Positions 34,765-40,421 of a stretch of DNA of 40,421 nucleotides are shown one piece after another. This stretch comes from Folioceros fuciformis. Lineage: Eukaryota. The stretch lies in NCBI GenBank assembly GCA_049999805.1, contig JBNGIO010006038.1, positions 72,725 to 113,145 of the forward strand. The letters are read 5' to 3'. The notes beneath the pieces were generated by a model. The model was not told the DNA's origin. It ran no database searches and saw only the letters and a list, made by a program, of their open reading frames with translations. How positions within the stretch are numbered: position 1 is the first letter of the stretch; the number at the start of each line of letters is the position of its first letter. A program made the translations under genes and the position numbers.

Positions 34765-37700
34765 ATGGTTGACAGGCAGGAAAGCGTAAAACGTCGATCC
34801 CTCGGAGATGGTCGCAGAGGTCACTGGGGCTTGCGCGTTGTAGATCTGCACAAGTCTGCAACTCCAGGTGGTGACGACGTCAAGCGTGCCCGTCCTCTTC
34901 TCCCAACAATGCCCTCCACGGACAATGAGGCCCCTCACGAGTATAACCTGTTCCCTGTGGAGGATATCGTGCAATGTCCCCTTCCTGGATACGTGGCCCC
35001 TGCCTCTGTGGCTTTCAGTCCGGACGACCGATTGATATCCTTTCTCTTCAGCCCCGACGGCACTCTGAGCAGGAAAATTTTCGCCTTCGACCCAGCCACC
35101 AGGCAGCAGCACCTGCTGGTGAGTCCCCCAGGAGGCGGCGTGGATGAGGGCAATTTGTCTACAGCTGAGAAACTGAGGCGTGAGAGACTACGGGAGCGGG
35201 GTCTGGGTGTCACCAGATATGAGTGGGCCAAGGGAAGCGCTTCCTCCCGGCTCATGGTGCCTCTCCCTGGCGGAGTAAGTTGCTTGGGGCTTGTCTGATC
35301 TGATCTCGTCCCGCCTGTAGGCTTTACTTACTTGATCGAGGACGATGCGATGGTGGGATTTCCTTGAAATCAAAATCCACATTATGGTGTGCAGCACGTG
35401 GGAGCCTGATATGAATCTTCGCCTTGGCAGATCTACGTACAAGATGGGCCTGGATCAGAGTTACGGCTGAGAATTGCAAGCACGTCTGGGGCTCCCATTT
35501 TGGATCCGCAACTCTCGCCGGATGGGAATTATCTGGCCTATGTCCATGAGGGTGAGATTTATGTCCTTCCCATCACCTCTGGTGACCCAGCACGCGTGAC
35601 ATCTGGAGCCTCCGCAACAGGCAAGGTAAGAGCCAGGGATGGTGTTTGAGTTGCCGTTGCTCTTAAGCTTTGCAGTGCAATGCTGCCCAACTCGCACAGC
35701 TCTGGGGTCTGAACATGAGTTCCATCATGGCATGCTGTGTAAAGAAGAGGTTGTGTGCCTTTTGCTGCAGGAGTTGAAAGCCTTGAACATTCTGTCCTGC
35801 TAAATGGTAAAAAGTTACCTGTCCTGATGCATCAACCCCTTGGGTTATTATGCAAAATGACAATGACCGGGTTGTTGCATTGGCTGTGGGGGCTTGGTAG
35901 GTGCAGATTGTTGTAGTGGCATGCGCACTGTGTTCACAGTTTCGCGGTTGTGTGGGTGATAAAAGTGCATCCATTTTCTGTGCGCCAAACGTAACAAGTA
36001 TCTGACTGGCCGTATGGGCGTGCTGCAGACACATGGACTCGCTGAGTACATTGCTCAGGTATCATCTGTTTCCGTGTGCTTTTGAAAATTCCCGGCAACT
36101 CTCTGTGCTGGGCTTTACTAAGTAGGCAGGATGGCTGTGGTTGGTATACACCAGGAAGAAATGGAGAGGAGAACTGGATTTTGGTGGTCACCTGATAGCA
36201 AGTCCATAGCCTTTGCTGAAGTGGATGATTCAGGAATCCCACCTTTTCGGATCATGCACCAAGGGAAGTCTGCAGTTGGGAGCGAGGCGCAAGAGGATCA
36301 TGCCTACCCTTTTGCAGGCCATGCCAATGTTATAGTACGTCTTGGGATTGTGTCTGCAACCGGAGATGATGCTGGTGGGGAGGTCACATGGGTAGACCTG
36401 AATTGTGGACTCGACGGCCAAGAACATGAGGAGGAGGAATATTTAGCACGTGTTGCATGGATGCCAGATGGATCACTCACAGCTCAAGTGCAAAGCCGAG
36501 ATCAAACCAAGTTGAAGCTACTTAAATTTCACCGTACCACTGGAAAGCGGCAAGTCCTCCTCGTTGAAGAAAATGATGTGTGGGTGAATCTGCATGACTG
36601 CTTCACTCCTCTTCAAAAAGGTTCAGGAAGACTTGCTGGGGGTTTCATATGGGCCAGTGAAAGATCAGGGTTTCGCCACTTATACCTTCACGATGGCGCA
36701 GGGAACTGTCTGGGTGCACTGACAGAAGGTGATTGGCTAGTAGAGCAGGTAGCTGGCGTGGATGAGAATGGAGGGATCATCTACTTCACAGGAACTCTAG
36801 ACAGCCCCTTGGAAACTCATCTCTATTGTGCTAAGTTGTTTCCTGACTTCAACCTGCCTTTGCCGCCTCCTAAAAAATTGACCCAGGGAAAGGGTCGACA
36901 CCTTGTTGTCCTGGATCACCAGATGGAGAAGTTTGTGGACGTCCATGATTCTCTGGACACCCCACCTCGTGTTATGCTGTGCTCTTTGGCAAATGGGGAG
37001 GTTATTGCACCAGTTTACGAGCAGCCAGCTCCGACGCCCCGAGCCCGGAGGTTACAGTTGGCAGCGCCTGAACTTGTGCAGATAACTGTCGCTGATGGCA
37101 CCACCTTGTATGGAGCTCTTTACAAGCCTGATGTCAACCAGTATGGTCCCCCGCCATACAGGACTGTTGTCAGTGTCTATGGCGGCCCAAATGTGCAAAC
37201 TGTGTGCAACTCCTGGGTGAACACTGTAGACATGAGAGCACAGTATCTCCGCAGCAAGGGTCTTCTCGTGTGGAAGGCAAGGCGCCCAGGCTTGTCGTCT
37301 TTTTCTGACTTTCTGTTGTCGGAAGTTGGTGCTTTTTCTGTGGCAAATGTTACGTGAGACAGCTAGCTGGGGATAGTAGTGCATCCATGATTGTCATGGC
37401 CGAACTCATCTCTTTTCTGCAGTTTGGCATCAGTTTACCATCTCAGTGGAACGTCTGAGTTATGTTTTCGTCTGTCGTTGCAGCTTGACAACAGAGGAAG
37501 TGCACGGCGCGGGATTCAATTTGAAGGTGCAATAAAAAACAACATGGGCGGAATCGATGTGGAGGACCAAGAAGCGGGTGTGCAATGGCTGCTACGAGAA
37601 GGCTTTGCTAAAGTGGGTCAGGTAGGAATCTACGGCTGGAGCTATGGTGGTTACATGGCTGCCATGTCCCTAGCTCGTTGCCCAGATCTATACAGGTGTT

Positions 37701-38035
37701 CTGTAGCCGGTGCTCCTGTCACTGCATGGGATGGATACGACACTCATTACACAGAGAAATACCTGGGAACTCCAGCAAAGAACCCTCAGGTTTTTGAGTC
37801 TACTTCTGTTATGTACCACATACACAGAATGCAAGGAAAACTGCTGCTTGTCCATGGTATGATAGACGAGAATGTGCATTTCAGGCATACTGCGAGGCTC
37901 ATCAACGCCCTCACAGCAGCAGGAAAAGAGTATGAGCTGCTGCTTTTTCCAGACGAGAGGCATATGCCAAGAGGTCTGCGAGATAGAATGTACATGGAGG
38001 AGCGGATTTGTGGGTTTCTTGATAGGAATTTATAG
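34765..38035 (+). CDS. Dipeptidyl peptidase IV / DPP8-9-like S9B serine peptidase
   Basis: Exons 34765-35274, 35431-35625, 36029-36058, 36155-37276, 37484-38035; [42 protein letters not shown] (Ser), DENVH (Asp), ERH (His); start could alternatively be ATG at 34909. Confidence 0.93.
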
Positions 38036-38853
38036 CATTTGTGAAGGAAGCACACATTATCCGAGATGCTTTTGTGGTTGTCCGGGGGTTGGGCTGCTTC
38101 TCTGTACATTTCGTGGATTCGTGTTGCTTCCACATGCGCGCTTAGACGGGTCTAAATTCACCTACTCTTGGAGGAGCGGTGTTAAATGTCTTACTAAGTC
38201 TGGTATCTCAGGGCTGGGAGGGAAGCAACTACTTAACACGCAACATTGTTTTCCCGAATGTTGCAGCAGCCCACCTGAACTGATGAGTTTCTCAACAACT
38301 CTAGTGGAGAATTAATAATGCTTGCTTCTAGATATCATGTCTTACGCAACAGGTACAAAAATAATTGCCACGGTGTATCCCTATAACAGCTTCATGCTAC
38401 AGGTCGCGAACTCTTTCGTGACATGTTCCAGTAGCCACTTCCCACGCATGAAAGGACAACTATCGCATTTCCTTGCTCGGGCCTGATGCTAAACTGCACG
38501 CTGAAAAACTCCTTTGATGTGCCTCATTGCTCTAATTGGTGTCACAATATTGGATCAAGCCCTTGCAGCCTGTGAGAATGCCTGGTGTGCACCTTACCTT
38601 AGGTCCTGCCAGATCCAGACGGATTCCCATGCGAATCATTGTTCAGGTTCCCGTCCAGCATAACTCTGGCTGAAGGACGAGCCGGAAACGTCTTACACGT
38701 TCCGTAGATCCTCACGGTACAACCTTTCCAGATGTTTTTGAGTGAAAGGAAAGGGGAAAGCAACACTACCTAAATTGCTCACTTATTAGCTTATTGAAAT
38801 AATTTTTTTGATCAACCCCAGAATTATTTTTGTAGGTTAGAGATGTTTCTTCT

Positions 38854-38880
38854 TTGCTAATGCACTTAGTGCATTAGCAA
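38854..38880. repeat. Perfect 13-bp inverted repeat with 1-nt spacer
   Basis: ttgctaatgcact-t-agtgcattagcaa. Confidence 0.9.
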
Positions 38881-39177
38881 GACCATAAAAGACAAAACTA
38901 CAATGAGCTAGATCATGGCTGTGATCATAAATGAAAGCTGATTGGATTTGAATCCAAAGAAAACACTCTCAATATGAGAACCAAATTGTCTCCTCCCTTA
39001 CCTTAAAGTCATTGGTTTTGAAGTCAATTCCTGTGACGGCTGCAAACTCCAGTCTTCACATAGAAGCTCCTACTACTCTAGGCTAGGCGCATGTTAGTTG
39101 ATGAGTGAAGGGTGTGTGTCCCTTAAGCTTTCACTTGATCTTCATAACCCACGAGGACATGCTTGGTTGCTCTTTCT

Positions 39178-39307
39178 GCTAACTTAGGCCTACCCTAAAG
39201 GGAGCTAACTTAGGCCTACCCGGAAGGGAGCTAGCTTAGGCCTACCCGGAAGGGAGCTAACTTAGGCCTACCTGAAAGGGAGCTAACTTAGGCCTACCCT
39301 AAAGGGA
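39178..39307 (+). repeat. Minisatellite, 5 x 26 bp
   Basis: gctaacttaggcctacc(c/t)(t/g)(a/g)aaggga repeated five times, each with palindromic taggccta. Confidence 0.95.
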
Positions 39308-40176
39308 AATAAGGGCCTAAATAGGGCAACCAAGTTTGGAGGTGAGCCACTGTTGGCTTTTGCTTATACTACAATTCAAGTTGTGTTGTCCTTAACGGAA
39401 TGACTAATGATTACGTGCATCTTGTTCATAACACATAGGCGGTTGTAACCACAACCTCACCCCTGTAGGGCTTGGAAAGATTTATTGGAGGCATGAAGCA
39501 TCGTCTTAGCTATGCTTACACTGTGTCCAAACTTCTCCTTAGATTATATCCCATTATGTATGTTACTTATATTGGAGGGAAGCTGCTTGTCCTTACCCAT
39601 AGCACAACAATTATAGACTTATGTGTGTTTTCCTAACTTGGGTAGACATTTGTCTATTTTAAAGATGGCGGATGGTAGACGTTCATCTTTTTTAAGTGTA
39701 TACAGGTCTGAAAAGAGTAACTGGGCATTCTTTTGATAGTTCTCTTAAAAAACTCAAAGTAAGTAAACATTCAATGCATCTTGACAGTGCTATCTGATCA
39801 TGAAGCTTGTAGCGGACTAAACAATTGAATCAAAGCTTTTGTTTACAAGTTTACATGTTCATGACCCAATATCCCAATACAAGTAGGAAGCTGTTGCTAG
39901 GCCAGCCACCTACCGGGATTCAGCCAGCCCGTCGACCGGTCACAATCCGACCACCCGCATGGCTGCCTGAGCCCCTCATTCCTGCTTGGATTCCACTAGC
40001 ATGGTTGCCTGGATCCTACCACCCCGGCCCACTCAGCCCCAGCAATCTGGCCAAGCTTAGATTCTCCACCAACCAGCCAGTCTGCTCGACTGATCCTGGC
40101 ACCCGCTTGCTTGGAGCACCGGTCACTTGGAGGCCAGTGCTCCCCTCTAATCCCCTGGCCGACCAAGTCTGGCCCC

Positions 40177-40186
40177 NNNNNNNNNN
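40177..40186. other. Assembly gap (10 N) with duplicated flanks
   Basis: ccaagtctggcccc on both sides (40163-40176, 40187-40200). Confidence 0.95.
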
Positions 40187-40421
40187 CCAAGTCTGGCCCC
40201 AGCCATCTGGAGCCCTTCCTCCCACGCAGTCAGGCTTCAGCGCCAGGCCGCCTGCACCGAGGCCACACACTGGCCTCTTGCCTTCCGGATCTAGCGAGGC
40301 AGCCAGCGTGCCTGGCTGCTTGGTTCCTGCAACCAGTCACTGCCCAGCTTCCCCAGCCGCCTTGTTGCCTGACCGATCCTGCCCACCACTCGGTTGCACG
40401 CCACCCACTGCCGCTGCTGGC

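Noticed and set aside
38660-38700. ctgaagga...gaaac resembling a hammerhead ribozyme core
   Set aside because: Does not fit CUGANGA and the three stems are not formed
39178-39307. Regular 26-bp repeats as a possible CRISPR array
   Set aside because: Units are contiguous with no unique spacers; eukaryotic context and no cas genes

Overview
Eukaryotic nuclear DNA from a compact, intron-rich plant genome (introns mostly ~70-230 nt). A flavodiiron FLVA gene plus a MinC-like gene point to a non-angiosperm land plant (hornwort, lycophyte or other bryophyte-like; inference). Left gene-dense block (1-18.3 kb): the 3' end of a gene with a bacterial histone-H1/Hc1-like helical domain, PTB3 (14 exons, -), PEX13 (5 exons, +), a 7-exon gene fusing a MinC C-terminal domain to a 4-TM membrane domain (-), a plant DYRKP-type kinase (-) whose usual N-terminus is not found, a small single-TM protein (-), an intronless rhomboid protease (+) and a TIGR01589-type small protein (-). 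Middle (18.3-29.7 kb): regulatory DNA, microsatellites and a ~7.5 kb decayed transposon-like block with a stop-riddled, internally deleted transposase-like frame and dispersed GC palindromes. Right: FLVA (-) divergent from a DPP-IV/DPP8/9-like S9B peptidase (+), followed by repeats. Three N-gaps. Most notable: the MinC_C-4TM fusion, the Hc1-like domain protein and a CU-flanked, frameshifting PTB3 exon that looks like an autoregulatory AS-NMD switch. Exon models were built by hand from GT/GC-AG sites and protein homology recalled from memory; no database search was run.
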